A DNA stretch of 32,000 bases from Haloferax volcanii DS2 (GCF_000025685.1 NC_013966.1:150001-182000); one strand, 5' to 3'; positions 10,123-19,147 are shown, counted from the stretch's first letter. The notes: generated by a model not told the origin, from the letters alone. Translations and numbers: made by a program.

Positions 10123-11286
10123 ATGTTAACACCGTCTCCCTTTTCTCGACGCATCGGGAGCGAGCGCGTCGCGGGAACCCGCGAGTCCGTCATCCGGGAG
10201 ATGACCCGCGAGGCGCACGAACACGACGCTATCAACCTCTCACAGGGGATTCCCGACGAGGACGAGACCCCCGTGAGCGTGAAGGAAGCCGCCAAAGCCG
10301 CAATCGACACGTCGAGCCAGTACACCATCACGTGGGGGCTGCCGGAACTCCGCGAGGCGGTCTCGGAACGCTACGCCGACTGGAAGGGCGTCCGCTACGA
10401 CCCCGAAACGGAGGTCACCGTCACCACGGGCACGAGCGAGGCCGTCGTCTCGACGCTCCTCGCGCTCTGCGACCCCGGCGACGGCGTCATCTACTTCGAG
10501 CCGGCCTACGAGAGCTACATTCCCGCCGTCCAGTTCGCCGGAGGGGAGCCGATACCGCTCGACATCACCGACGGCCTCGAACTCGACGCCGACGCGCTGT
10601 GGGACGCCGCCCAAGAGGCGTCCATGCTGATTCTCAACCACCCGCACAACCCGACGGGCAACGTCTTTTCGCCCGCCGAACTCGAACTCGTCGCGGAGGT
10701 CGCCGCCGAGGAAGACCTTATGGTCGTCACCGACGAGATTTACGAGCACATCGTCTACGCCGACGACTACGTCAGCCCCGTCGAAGTCGACGGCCTCGCC
10801 GGGCGGACCGTCGTCTGCACGGGGCTGTCGAAGACGTACTCCGTGACGGGTTGGCGCGTCGGGTTCGCGCTCGCGCCCGAACCGCTTTCGGCCGAGTTGC
10901 GGAAGGTCCACGACTACACGAGCATCTGCGCGCCGACGCCGTTCCAGCGGGCGGGCGTCGAGGCGCTGTCGCTCCCGGCGGACTACTACGACGACCTCTC
11001 GGACGCCTACGAGCGCCGCGGCGAACTGCTGTACGACGGCCTCCGGGAGGTCGGCCTCGACCCCGTGAAACCGGACGGCGCGTACTACATGCTGACGCGC
11101 TATCCGGGCGACGCCGACGACACCGAGTTCGCCCACAGACTCGTCCGCGAGGCCGGCGTCGCGGTCGTCCCCGGGAGCAGTTTCTACACCGAGGGCTCCG
11201 CCGACTGGGTCCGGTTTACGTTCTCCCGAAACGAGGCGACCATCGAGGAGGCGCTGCGGCGGCTCGACGAGAACCGCTTTTGGTAG
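10123..11286 (+). CDS. PLP-dependent aminotransferase, class I/II
   Basis: Contains INLSQGIPD, NHPHNPTGNVF, and SKTYSVTGWRVGF (the PLP-lysine motif). I prefer ATG 10123 (MLTPSPFSRR) to the GTG at 10099. Confidence 0.9.
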   Translation: MLTPSPFSRRIGSERVAGTRESVIREMTREAHEHDAINLSQGIPDEDETPVSVKEAAKAAIDTSSQYTITWGLPELREAVSERYADWKGVRYDPETEVTVTTGTSEAVVSTLLALCDPGDGVIYFEPAYESYIPAVQFAGGEPIPLDITDGLELDADALWDAAQEASMLILNHPHNPTGNVFSPAELELVAEVAAEEDLMVVTDEIYEHIVYADDYVSPVEVDGLAGRTVVCTGLSKTYSVTGWRVGFALAPEPLSAELRKVHDYTSICAPTPFQRAGVEALSLPADYYDDLSDAYERRGELLYDGLREVGLDPVKPDGAYYMLTRYPGDADDTEFAHRLVREAGVAVVPGSSFYTEGSADWVRFTFSRNEATIEEALRRLDENRFW

Positions 11287-11331
11287 CTCGGCGGCGGTCC
11301 AGTAGCGGCCTAGTCGGCCAGTGGCCCGTCG

Positions 11332-13458
11332 TCAGGCGTCGTCCGACGACGCCGGCCCCGACTCCTGCGCCGAGTCCCCGGCGCGCTCGACGCCGCGAAT
11401 CACGAACCGCGCGCCGGCGTCCGCAACGTCCTCGTAGCCGACCGACCAGCCGTGAGCGTCCGCGATGGTGCGGACGATGGCGAGGCCGAAGCCGGTGCCG
11501 TCGTCGGCCGTCGTGAAGCCGGATTCGAAGAGCTTCGGGCGGTCCGCCGGCGGCACGCCGGGACCGTCGTCCTCGACGAAAAAGCCGTCGCGGGTCGCGC
11601 CGACCGTGACGGTCACGCCGTCGCCGACGTGTTCGACCGCGTCACCAGACGCAGTCTGGTTGCCCGTGGAACCATGTTCCACGGCGTCGTCGGGAGAATC
11701 CCGACTGCCCATCGAGCCGTGCTCGACGGCGTTTCGAAACAGGTTCTCGAACAGCTGGAGCAGTCGGGTTCGGTCCGCGTCGAACGACGCGCTCTCGACG
11801 ATATCGAGCGTCGCGGCCCCGGTTTCGACGTTCGTCCACGCTTCGGCCGCGACGGCGTCGAGCGAGACCGTCTCGTGTTCGTCGACCGTTCCGCCGCGGG
11901 CGAGCGCGAGCACGTCGGCGATGATTTCGCCCATGCGCTCGTGAGCCGCCTCGATTCGCTCGACGTGGTCCGGGTCGGGGCGGTCGGCCTCCTTCACCAG
12001 TTCGAGGTAGCCCTCCGCCACGTTCAGCGGGTTCCGCAGGTCGTGGGAGACGATGTTGGCGAACGTTTCGAGCTGTTGTTCGTGCTTCCGTCGGTCGGTC
12101 ACGTCCTGGGCGTTGACGACGACGCCGCCGACGACGGGGTCGTCGAGGAGGTTCCGACACCGGACGCCGAAGACGCGCCACCCGCGGGTTGAACTGCGGA
12201 ACCGGAGTTCGGCAGTGGCGTCCTCGTCGGGGCGCTCCAACGCCTCCCGAAACGTCTCGATGGCGGCGTCCTCGTCGTCGGGGTGGAGGAACCGCCGCAG
12301 CGACCGCACCTCGCTCGGGTCCTCGTCGGCCCCGAGCGTCTGGGCGGCCGAGTCGCTCAGATAGGTGACCGAGCCGTCGGCGTCGAGGACGAAGATGAGG
12401 TCGGAGGCGTTCTCCGTGAGCGCGCGGAACCACCGCTCGCGGACGCGGCGCTCGGTGATGTCGTGGAGGATGTGCAGGTGGCCGCGAACCGCGTCTCGAC
12501 CGTCGGTCACGGCCGACCGGTCGACCTCGAAGTGCCGCGCCTCGCCGTTGTCGTCGACGACCCGCAGTTCCCCGCCGGATTCGAGCGCCTCGACGGTCTC
12601 CGGGTCGAACGCGTCGGCGACGGGCGAGCCGAGCGGCGGGTGTGAAACGTCGAACAGCGCCCTCGCCGCCGGGTTGCTGTCGGCCAGTCTGCCCTTCCGG
12701 TCGACGACGAGGACGGGGTCGGCCATCCGCTCGATGACGAGGTCGCGCGCGATGGGGCTGATGTCGAGAATGCGGTACCGCGAGAGCCCGACGGCGAGCA
12801 GCGACGACGTGGCGGCGAACGAGATAGCGATGGGGTTCGCGGGCGAAAACGGTATCAGGAGATAGACCGCGCCGACGACGGCGGGAACGAGAATCGCGAC
12901 GAACAGGACCAGCGCCTGCTTCCGGTATATCTGTCGGCTCCGGAGACAGTGGACGCCGAGGACGACGAGCGCGGCTCCGATGGCGACGTAGCTGTAAACC
13001 ACGTCGACCCAGAACAGCGGCCCGGGAACGACCTCGGTCGCGGTGATTCCGCCGACGGTCGCAAACGACAGCGACTCCCACAGAAGCGCGTGGACGCCGA
13101 GGGCGTTCGTCGCCACACCCGCGATGGCAAACGCGGGCCACACGGCGAGCAGCGCGGCGGTCCGCCGCGAGACCCACCGCTCGTAGCCCGTGATTTCGAG
13201 GGCGAAAAGCAGGGTGAAAAACACCGACGACTCCGCGGGAATCGGCTCCAGCGCGAACCACAGAAGCCGGGTGAACGGCGAGTCAGCGAGGAGGAGAAAC
13301 GCCTCGAAAAGCGACCAACAGCCGGCGCTGACCGTGAGGGCGATGAACCACCGACCGCTCGGTTCGTCTCGGTATCGCCACCCGTAGCTCGCGACGCCGG
13401 CGGATATCACGGCCGCGAGGAAGAGCGCACCCACGTACGGTGACAACGAGAAGGTCAC
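11332..13458 (-). CDS. Sensor histidine kinase: N-terminal multi-TM (7TM-type) domain, two PAS domains, HisKA, HATPase_c
   Basis: 708 aa. The first ~220 aa are hydrophobic. The H-box is IVSHDLRNPL, the N-box is FENLFRNAVEHGS, and the G-boxes are DDGPGV / GTGFGLAIV. Confidence 0.9.
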   Translation of the reverse strand: MTFSLSPYVGALFLAAVISAGVASYGWRYRDEPSGRWFIALTVSAGCWSLFEAFLLLADSPFTRLLWFALEPIPAESSVFFTLLFALEITGYERWVSRRTAALLAVWPAFAIAGVATNALGVHALLWESLSFATVGGITATEVVPGPLFWVDVVYSYVAIGAALVVLGVHCLRSRQIYRKQALVLFVAILVPAVVGAVYLLIPFSPANPIAISFAATSSLLAVGLSRYRILDISPIARDLVIERMADPVLVVDRKGRLADSNPAARALFDVSHPPLGSPVADAFDPETVEALESGGELRVVDDNGEARHFEVDRSAVTDGRDAVRGHLHILHDITERRVRERWFRALTENASDLIFVLDADGSVTYLSDSAAQTLGADEDPSEVRSLRRFLHPDDEDAAIETFREALERPDEDATAELRFRSSTRGWRVFGVRCRNLLDDPVVGGVVVNAQDVTDRRKHEQQLETFANIVSHDLRNPLNVAEGYLELVKEADRPDPDHVERIEAAHERMGEIIADVLALARGGTVDEHETVSLDAVAAEAWTNVETGAATLDIVESASFDADRTRLLQLFENLFRNAVEHGSMGSRDSPDDAVEHGSTGNQTASGDAVEHVGDGVTVTVGATRDGFFVEDDGPGVPPADRPKLFESGFTTADDGTGFGLAIVRTIADAHGWSVGYEDVADAGARFVIRGVERAGDSAQESGPASSDDA

Positions 13459-13468
13459 TACTACGTCG

Positions 13469-13485
13469 GTAGCCGACTCGGCTAC
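13469..13485. promoter_or_regulatory. Perfect 17-nt palindrome GTAGCCGA-C-TCGGCTAC immediately upstream of the kinase gene
   Basis: Seen directly in the sequence, 11-27 nt upstream of the kinase start at 13458. Its function is unknown. Confidence 0.35.
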
Positions 13486-13550
13486 TTAGAGACACCGGCA
13501 GTCGGACGGCTGTGGGATTCTCTGACGGGGAGATTCGCGGTCCAAAGCCT

Positions 13551-13571
13551 CTTAACTGACCGGTTAGTAAG
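13551..13571. promoter_or_regulatory. Imperfect palindrome CTTAACTG-ACCGGT-TAGTAAG, candidate TetR operator overlapping the promoter
   Basis: It is centred on the ACCGGT dyad, 12-32 nt upstream of the tetR-like ATG at 13583. TetR regulators typically autoregulate through such dyads. Confidence 0.35.
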
Positions 13572-13582
13572 CCCGACAGAAG

Positions 13583-14173
13583 ATGGACGCAGAGACCAGA
13601 GCCGAGATACTCGAAGCGACCAATCGGGCGCTCTGCGAACACGGGTACGCCGGCCTCACGGTACAGCGAATCGCGGACGAGGCGTCGGTGACGAGCGCCG
13701 CGATTCACTACCATTTCGACACGAAAGAGGAGCTTTTGAACGCGTTTCTCGACGACTTAATCGGGCGGTTCGAGTCGGAGCTGTCGTGTGAGTCGGCCGA
13801 CCCGCGGACGCGACTGAATACGGTTCTCGACGCGGTGTTCAGCCCGAAGAACCCCGAAGCGGACGGCTTTCCCGTGGCGGTCATGGAACTGAAGGCCCAA
13901 GCGCCCTACCACGAACTGTTCCGCGAGCGCTTCCTCGACTTCGACGGCGTGATGCGGGAGGTCGTCGCAGACATCGTCCGCGACGGCGTCGCCGGCGGAG
14001 AGTTCGACGAGACCGACCCCGAGAAGATTGCGCGGCTCATCACGACCATGAGCAACGGCGCGCACGCCCGCGTCGTCGCGCTCGACGAGTACCCCGCCGA
14101 GACCCGACGAATCGTCGAGGACGCACTGGAACTCCACCTCGGTTGGACGCCGGGTGAGGGGGCGGACGGATGA
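13583..14173 (+). CDS. TetR/AcrR family transcriptional regulator
   Basis: The N-terminal HTH is ILEATNRALCEHGYAGLTVQRIADEASVTSAAIHYHFDTKEELL. Its stop overlaps the MATE gene start by 4 nt (ATGA). Confidence 0.9.
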   Translation: MDAETRAEILEATNRALCEHGYAGLTVQRIADEASVTSAAIHYHFDTKEELLNAFLDDLIGRFESELSCESADPRTRLNTVLDAVFSPKNPEADGFPVAVMELKAQAPYHELFRERFLDFDGVMREVVADIVRDGVAGGEFDETDPEKIARLITTMSNGAHARVVALDEYPAETRRIVEDALELHLGWTPGEGADG

Positions 14174-15636
14174 GCCTGTTCAAGGGGCAAGACGAGCTCA
14201 ACCTCACCGAGGGCGGCATCGTCAAGCCGCTTCTCTACCTGTCGCTTCCCATCGTCGTCACGAACCTCCTCCAGACGGCGTACAACCTCGCGGACACGTT
14301 CTGGCTCGGCCAGTACTCGACGGAGGCGCTGGCCGCCATCTCGTTCGCCTTCCCGATGGTGTTTCTCCTCATCTCGCTCGGGATGGGGCTGTCCGTCGCC
14401 GGGAGCGTCCTCGTCGCCCAGCACACCGGGGCCGAGGAGACGGACAAAGCCGAGTACGCGGCCTCACAGACCGTCACGTTCGCGTTCCTCGGCTCCGCGA
14501 TGCTCGGCGCGTTCGGCTACCCGCTCGTCCGACCGTTCCTCGATTTCCTCGGGGCCTCGCCGGACGTGTTGCCGGGCGCGACGGCCTACATGCAGGTCAT
14601 CGCGCTCGGCCTGCCGTTCATGTTCGGCTTCTTCGTGTTCATCTCGCTGATGCGCGGGGCGGGCGACACCATCACGCCGATGCTCGTGATGTTCGGGACC
14701 GTCGTCCTCAACGTCGTCCTCGACCCGTTTTTCATCAACGGATGGGCGCTCGGGCCGATACAGTTCCCCCGACTCGGGATTCAGGGCGCGGCCATCGCCA
14801 CCGTCATCTCGCGAGTCCTCGCGATGGTCGTCGGCATCGCCATCATGGTGTCGGGGTCCAGAGGCATCCAAATCCACCTCACTGACATGCGACCCGACTT
14901 CCGATATCTGCGGAAGATTCTCCACATCGGCATCCCCGCCAGTGTCGAGGGGGCGGGTCGCGCGCTCTCTATCAACGCGCTTCTCATCGTCGTCGGGCTG
15001 TTTTCGACCTCCGTCGTCGCGGCGTTCGGCATCGGGACCCGCGTGTTCTCGGTCATCTTCCTCCCCGCTATCGCCGTCGCCCGCGGCGTCGAGACGATGT
15101 CCGGCCAGAACATCGGCGCGGGGAAGTACGATCGCGCGGAGCAGGCGAACTACGTCGCCGCCAAGGGGCTGTTCTTCGTCCTCGGCCTGCTCGGCGTCGC
15201 CATCTTCCTCGTTCCCGAACCCATCGTCTCGGTGTTCACGACCGACGCCGAGGTGCTCGAAGTGGGCGCGGAGTTCCTGCGGTACGTCTCGCTGTCGTTC
15301 GGCTTCATCGGCATCATGCGGGCCTTTTCCGGCGGCTTCCGGGGCGCGGGCAAGACCCTCATCGCCGCGGTAATATCGGTCGTCACCCTCGCCGGCATCC
15401 GGCTTCCGGTCGCCTTCGTCGCGTCGCAGGGACTCCTCCCGACGGACTTCTGGTTCCTCGGGACCACCGACGTTCGGGGCATCTGGATCGCCTTTTTCGT
15501 CTCGAATATCGTGGGCGCGACCATCGCTTGGCTCTGGTTCCGCCAAGGAACCTGGCGCGAGGGCGACGTCCGCGGGTCGCCGGCCGGCGGCGAGTTGGAG
15601 AACGACGACGTGGAGCTATCGAGCGGGCTGGACTAA
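14170..15636 (+). CDS. MATE family efflux transporter
   Basis: 488 aa, with about 12 TM helices. The N-terminus PLLYLSLPIVVTNLLQTAYNLADTFWLGQ is typical of MATE/NorM-DinF. Confidence 0.9.
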   Translation: MSLFKGQDELNLTEGGIVKPLLYLSLPIVVTNLLQTAYNLADTFWLGQYSTEALAAISFAFPMVFLLISLGMGLSVAGSVLVAQHTGAEETDKAEYAASQTVTFAFLGSAMLGAFGYPLVRPFLDFLGASPDVLPGATAYMQVIALGLPFMFGFFVFISLMRGAGDTITPMLVMFGTVVLNVVLDPFFINGWALGPIQFPRLGIQGAAIATVISRVLAMVVGIAIMVSGSRGIQIHLTDMRPDFRYLRKILHIGIPASVEGAGRALSINALLIVVGLFSTSVVAAFGIGTRVFSVIFLPAIAVARGVETMSGQNIGAGKYDRAEQANYVAAKGLFFVLGLLGVAIFLVPEPIVSVFTTDAEVLEVGAEFLRYVSLSFGFIGIMRAFSGGFRGAGKTLIAAVISVVTLAGIRLPVAFVASQGLLPTDFWFLGTTDVRGIWIAFFVSNIVGATIAWLWFRQGTWREGDVRGSPAGGELENDDVELSSGLD

Positions 15637-15666
15637 TCCCGAAGAAGAGCGGTCCGGCCGAACCCG

Positions 15667-16728
15667 CTACTCGGCCGAGATGCTGAACCCGGAAAGCGAG
15701 TCCTTCGCGTCTTTGACGAACGTGTGTTTCCCGGTGATGCGGGCAGAACCGGTGATGAGCGGCGTCGTCAGCGTTACGCCGTCACGTTCTTCGGCCGCGA
15801 CGAGCCTCCCTTCGAAGCGCGTACCGACGATGCTCTCGTGGAGATACGACTCGCCAACATCGAGCGCGCCGGCATCGTGGAGGAGCGCCATTTTCGCGCA
15901 TGTCCCAGTCCCACAGGGCGAGCGGTCGACCTGACCCTCGCCGAAGACGACGATACTTCGGTCCACCTCGTCGGGTGTGCCGTATATCTCGGTGATCGAG
16001 ATCGACCCTTCCTCGCCGGTGAGCGGGTGGACGATATCGAGGCGCTCGTTGACGGCGTCGCGGATTTCGAGGCCCCAATCGACGAACGTCGCCGCGTGCT
16101 GCGGTTCGACGGGCAGGCCGAGCTGGTCGCTGTCGACCAGCGCGAAGAAGTTGCCCGCGTAGACGACGTCGACGCGGAGCGACGAGTCGAGAAACGAGAC
16201 CGGGACGGTCGCTTGGTCGTAGACGAAGGACCGAACGTTCTGTATCGTGACGCACTCGACGCCCCCGTCCGGCACGTACTCGGGCGTCGCCTCGACGAGT
16301 CCGGCCGGCGTCTCGACGCGGATGGTCTTGCGCCGGTCGAGTCGATCCAGTTCGAGGAGGGCGGAGACGACGCCGATAGTCCCGTGGCCGCACATGTCGA
16401 GGTAACCTCGGCTGTCCATAAAGAAGACGCCCACGTCCGCGTCGGGATGGTCGGAATCAACGACGACGGCCCCGAACATGTCGTCGTGGCCGCGGGGCTC
16501 CCGCATCAGCAGGTCGCGCACCCAGTCGTGGGTGTCGGCGAACGAATCGCGGCGCTCCCGAACGGAGTCACCCACGAGCGCCGAGCGGTCGATACCGTCG
16601 ACGACGATGCGGGTCGGCTCGCCCTCTGTGTGCGTGTCGATGGTCGTAAACGACGCGTCCGTGGTGAGTTCGTCGAACTCGAACTCGCGTTCGTCCGCGG
16701 GCTCGTCGGTAGCGGAGTCAGAGGTCAT
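15667..16728 (-). CDS. Proline racemase superfamily enzyme with Cys/Cys catalytic pair (proline racemase or 4-hydroxyproline 2-epimerase type)
   Basis: Both DMCGHGTIG and DRSPCGTGTCA motifs are present, each with its catalytic Cys. Confidence 0.9.
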   Translation of the reverse strand: MTSDSATDEPADEREFEFDELTTDASFTTIDTHTEGEPTRIVVDGIDRSALVGDSVRERRDSFADTHDWVRDLLMREPRGHDDMFGAVVVDSDHPDADVGVFFMDSRGYLDMCGHGTIGVVSALLELDRLDRRKTIRVETPAGLVEATPEYVPDGGVECVTIQNVRSFVYDQATVPVSFLDSSLRVDVVYAGNFFALVDSDQLGLPVEPQHAATFVDWGLEIRDAVNERLDIVHPLTGEEGSISITEIYGTPDEVDRSIVVFGEGQVDRSPCGTGTCAKMALLHDAGALDVGESYLHESIVGTRFEGRLVAAEERDGVTLTTPLITGSARITGKHTFVKDAKDSLSGFSISAE

Positions 16729-17060
16729 TCGTCCACCAGTTCGAGCCGGGCGATTTGCTCGTCGGACCAGTCGTAATGCGGCTCGTCAATCGCTCGGAGC
16801 GACCGCACACACTCGTTGTAACGGCGGCGGGCAATCGGGGAGTAGGGGTCGTCGGGATTCGCGCGAATCCACTCGCGGAGGTCCGAAAGCGCCCGCGGCG
16901 AGTAGCTATCGACGTCGTCCTGTTCCCGTAAGAGCGCGAGTTTGCGCTCCTCGGTGCGGAGCGACCTGACGAGAACCGCGGCCGCGACGCCGGGCAACAG
17001 GAGGAGCGAGACGAGCATCGAAACCCACGTGAGCGTCGAAAGGGCCATCTCAGTCGTCAC
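16725..17060 (-). CDS. Small single-TM protein of unknown function, translationally coupled to both neighbours
   Basis: 111 aa. An N-terminal TM helix (LSTLTWVSMLVSLLLLPGVAAAVLV) is followed by an acidic soluble tail. It overlaps the transporter stop by 11 nt and the racemase start by 4 nt. Confidence 0.6.
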   Translation of the reverse strand: MTTEMALSTLTWVSMLVSLLLLPGVAAAVLVRSLRTEERKLALLREQDDVDSYSPRALSDLREWIRANPDDPYSPIARRRYNECVRSLRAIDEPHYDWSDEQIARLELVDE

Positions 17061-18516
17061 CTCCCGGGACGGCCGCGGAACCGGACGGTGGCTCGTCGCC
17101 GATGACGCTCATTACGAGCGTGCTCACAACGACGAGCGCGGCCATGAACGCGACGCCGAGCAGCATCAACCGCTGGTTCACGGTCCCGATACTGGAGTAG
17201 ACGCCGTAGCCGAGGATGAACACCATCACGACGGGGATGACGTACTTCACGACCGGATTCCACCACGAGCCGATGTAGACGCCGGCGTTGCGGTTGAGGT
17301 CGAGGACGCGGGCGCGCTCGGGGCCGAACTTCCACGCGACGAGCGCGATGATAGAAAGCGTCGCCAGCGGGAGGCCGAAGCTCCCGAACATGAAGTCCAT
17401 CCGCCCGAGGAACGCCGACGAGTAGGCGCTCGGGAGGCCGAACAGCCAAATCGCGCCGCAGGACGCGAGCACAGCACTAGTCCGCGAGAGCCGCGTCTCC
17501 TCCGAGACGGTGGTGACGGCGACCTCGGTGATGCCGAGGCCGGAAGTGAACGTCGCGAAGAAGAAGGAGACGAAGAACACGATGGCCCACAGACTCCCGC
17601 CGGGGAGTTCGGGGAACACCTGCGCCATCGAGATGAAAAGCAGGTTGGACCCGGCGCTCGGTTCGAGTCCGAACGCGAAGACGACGGGGAACGTGGCGAA
17701 CACCGCGAGCAGGCCGATACTCGTGTTTCCGATGGCGGTGAACAGACCGCCGCCGAGCGGCACGTCGTCGTACCGGCTGAGATAGCTCCCGTAGGTCAGC
17801 GCGATTCCCCACCCGAGGCCCGTCGAGAACAGCGCCTGACTGAGCGCCGCGACCCACGTACTGCCGCGGGTGAGATACCCCCAATCGGGCGTGAAGACGA
17901 ACGCGACGCCCTCCATACCGCCGGGGAGCGTGATGCCGCGAATCGAGACCGCCACGAGCGCGACGACGAGCAGCGGAATCATCCACTTCACGACGCGCTC
18001 GATGCCCCGGCGGATGCCGAACACGAGAACGCCGGCCAGACCGGCCATCGTCACCGTGTGCATCCCGACGACGAGCGCCGGGTTGTTGATGAAACCCTCC
18101 CAGAACGCCTGCGGCTGGAACCCCGGCTGGGTGAACGTCATGAGAATCGAGTGACCGGCGTAGTAGAGCGCCCAGCCGATGATCGGCGCGTAGTACGACA
18201 TCAGCGCCACGTTGACGATGAGGACTACGAGGCCGAGACCCTGCGCCCGCTTGCTCCCGAGAACCTTCCTGAACGCTCCGATGACCCCGTAGTTCGTGTA
18301 GCGGCCGATCATCGTCTCGGCCATCAGCCCGGGAACCGCGATGAGGTACAACAGGAGAATATAGGCCACGAGGAAGGCACCACCGCCGTTTTCGCCCGTC
18401 GTAAACGGCATGCGCCAGATGTTGCCCGCGCCCACCATCGCGCCGAGCATCGCCATGAGGAAGCCGAACCGGCTTCCCCACTCTTCCCTCGCCGTTCTCG
18501 GATCTGAGTCTGACAT
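17050..18516 (-). CDS. Sodium-dependent transporter, NSS/SNF family
   Basis: Contains WGSRFGFLMAMLGAMVGAGNIWRMPFTTGENGGGAFLVAY, the NSS hallmark. I prefer ATG 18516 (MSDSDPRTAREEW) to the upstream start at 18588. Confidence 0.9.
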   Translation of the reverse strand: MSDSDPRTAREEWGSRFGFLMAMLGAMVGAGNIWRMPFTTGENGGGAFLVAYILLLYLIAVPGLMAETMIGRYTNYGVIGAFRKVLGSKRAQGLGLVVLIVNVALMSYYAPIIGWALYYAGHSILMTFTQPGFQPQAFWEGFINNPALVVGMHTVTMAGLAGVLVFGIRRGIERVVKWMIPLLVVALVAVSIRGITLPGGMEGVAFVFTPDWGYLTRGSTWVAALSQALFSTGLGWGIALTYGSYLSRYDDVPLGGGLFTAIGNTSIGLLAVFATFPVVFAFGLEPSAGSNLLFISMAQVFPELPGGSLWAIVFFVSFFFATFTSGLGITEVAVTTVSEETRLSRTSAVLASCGAIWLFGLPSAYSSAFLGRMDFMFGSFGLPLATLSIIALVAWKFGPERARVLDLNRNAGVYIGSWWNPVVKYVIPVVMVFILGYGVYSSIGTVNQRLMLLGVAFMAALVVVSTLVMSVIGDEPPSGSAAVPGGDD

Positions 18517-18547
18517 GATAATCCTACCCAGACCCTTGAACAGAGGG

Positions 18548-18555
18548 TAGTTATA
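18548..18555 (-). promoter_or_regulatory. TATA box (TATAACTA on the minus strand) for the NSS transporter operon
   Basis: It lies 32-39 nt upstream of ATG 18516. A CTACCC...GGGTAG inverted repeat sits between the box and the start codon. Confidence 0.4.
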
Positions 18556-18755
18556 CGGATGTGCTACTATGGTCGGGGTTGTCAACAAAAGATGTATAGG
18601 AACGCTGGTGAGACGACTCGATAGTTATCGGTAGATACCGCAAATACGGGCATTTTAGACCCGTAAACCACGTCTGATAGTTCGACTTCGAGTGTCAACT
18701 GGTGAGAAGGTTTCGACCCGGACAGCCGGCCGGACCGTATCATAGTCGGGGATGT

Positions 18756-18765
18756 GTATATATCC
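18756..18765 (+). promoter_or_regulatory. TATA box GTATATATCC
   Basis: Strong TATATAT core. An ATG at 18786 lies about 26 nt downstream of the box centre. The identical decamer recurs at 20151..20160. Confidence 0.4.
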
Positions 18766-18877
18766 GCGAAGCGGACACCACCGATATGGTCACGACCAAC
18801 GACGAGCGAGTCGAAGGCGACCGGACACCGGGAAACGAACGTGGGACGAAACGCGAGTCGGAATCGCGTCGGCGCGC

Positions 18878-19117
18878 GTGAGAGACGAACAGACGGACGA
18901 GCGGACGGACGAACTCGAACGGGCGGTACTCGCGCTTCTCGACTGCCGAGGGGCGACGCCGATAGACGAGATACTCTCCGGAGTGGACGGACATCCCATC
19001 GAGATAGAACACGCCTGTAGCCGACTCCAGCAGGCGGGCGAACTCCGAAGCCGGAGTTGCGGCGTGTACACTCGCCCGGCCTCTCACGGGGGCTACCCTC
19101 CCATGGGCAGACACTAG
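18878..19117 (+). CDS. Small acidic winged-helix-like protein (79 aa from GTG 18878; start uncertain)
   Basis: The segment DEQTDERTDELERAVLALLDCRGATPIDEILSGVDGHPIEIEHACSRLQQAGELRS has wHTH-like periodicity and halophile-like acidity. The part of ORF 18752..19117 upstream of 18878 is basic and looks non-coding. Confidence 0.4.
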   Translation: MRDEQTDERTDELERAVLALLDCRGATPIDEILSGVDGHPIEIEHACSRLQQAGELRSRSCGVYTRPASHGGYPPMGRH

Positions 19118-19122
19118 TATAA
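19115..19122 (+). promoter_or_regulatory. TATA-like box TAGTATAA for the zinc-finger micro-protein gene
   Basis: It lies 26-33 nt upstream of ATG 19148. Confidence 0.4.
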
Positions 19123-19147
19123 CTCGCCCTCCACCGAGGACTCAGCC

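Noticed and set aside
10332-11516. A 394-aa plus-strand ORF overlapping the aminotransferase gene in another frame.
   Set aside because: It is an Arg/Pro/Gly-rich out-of-frame translation. The 10123..11286 frame carries the PLP-lysine and NPTG motifs.
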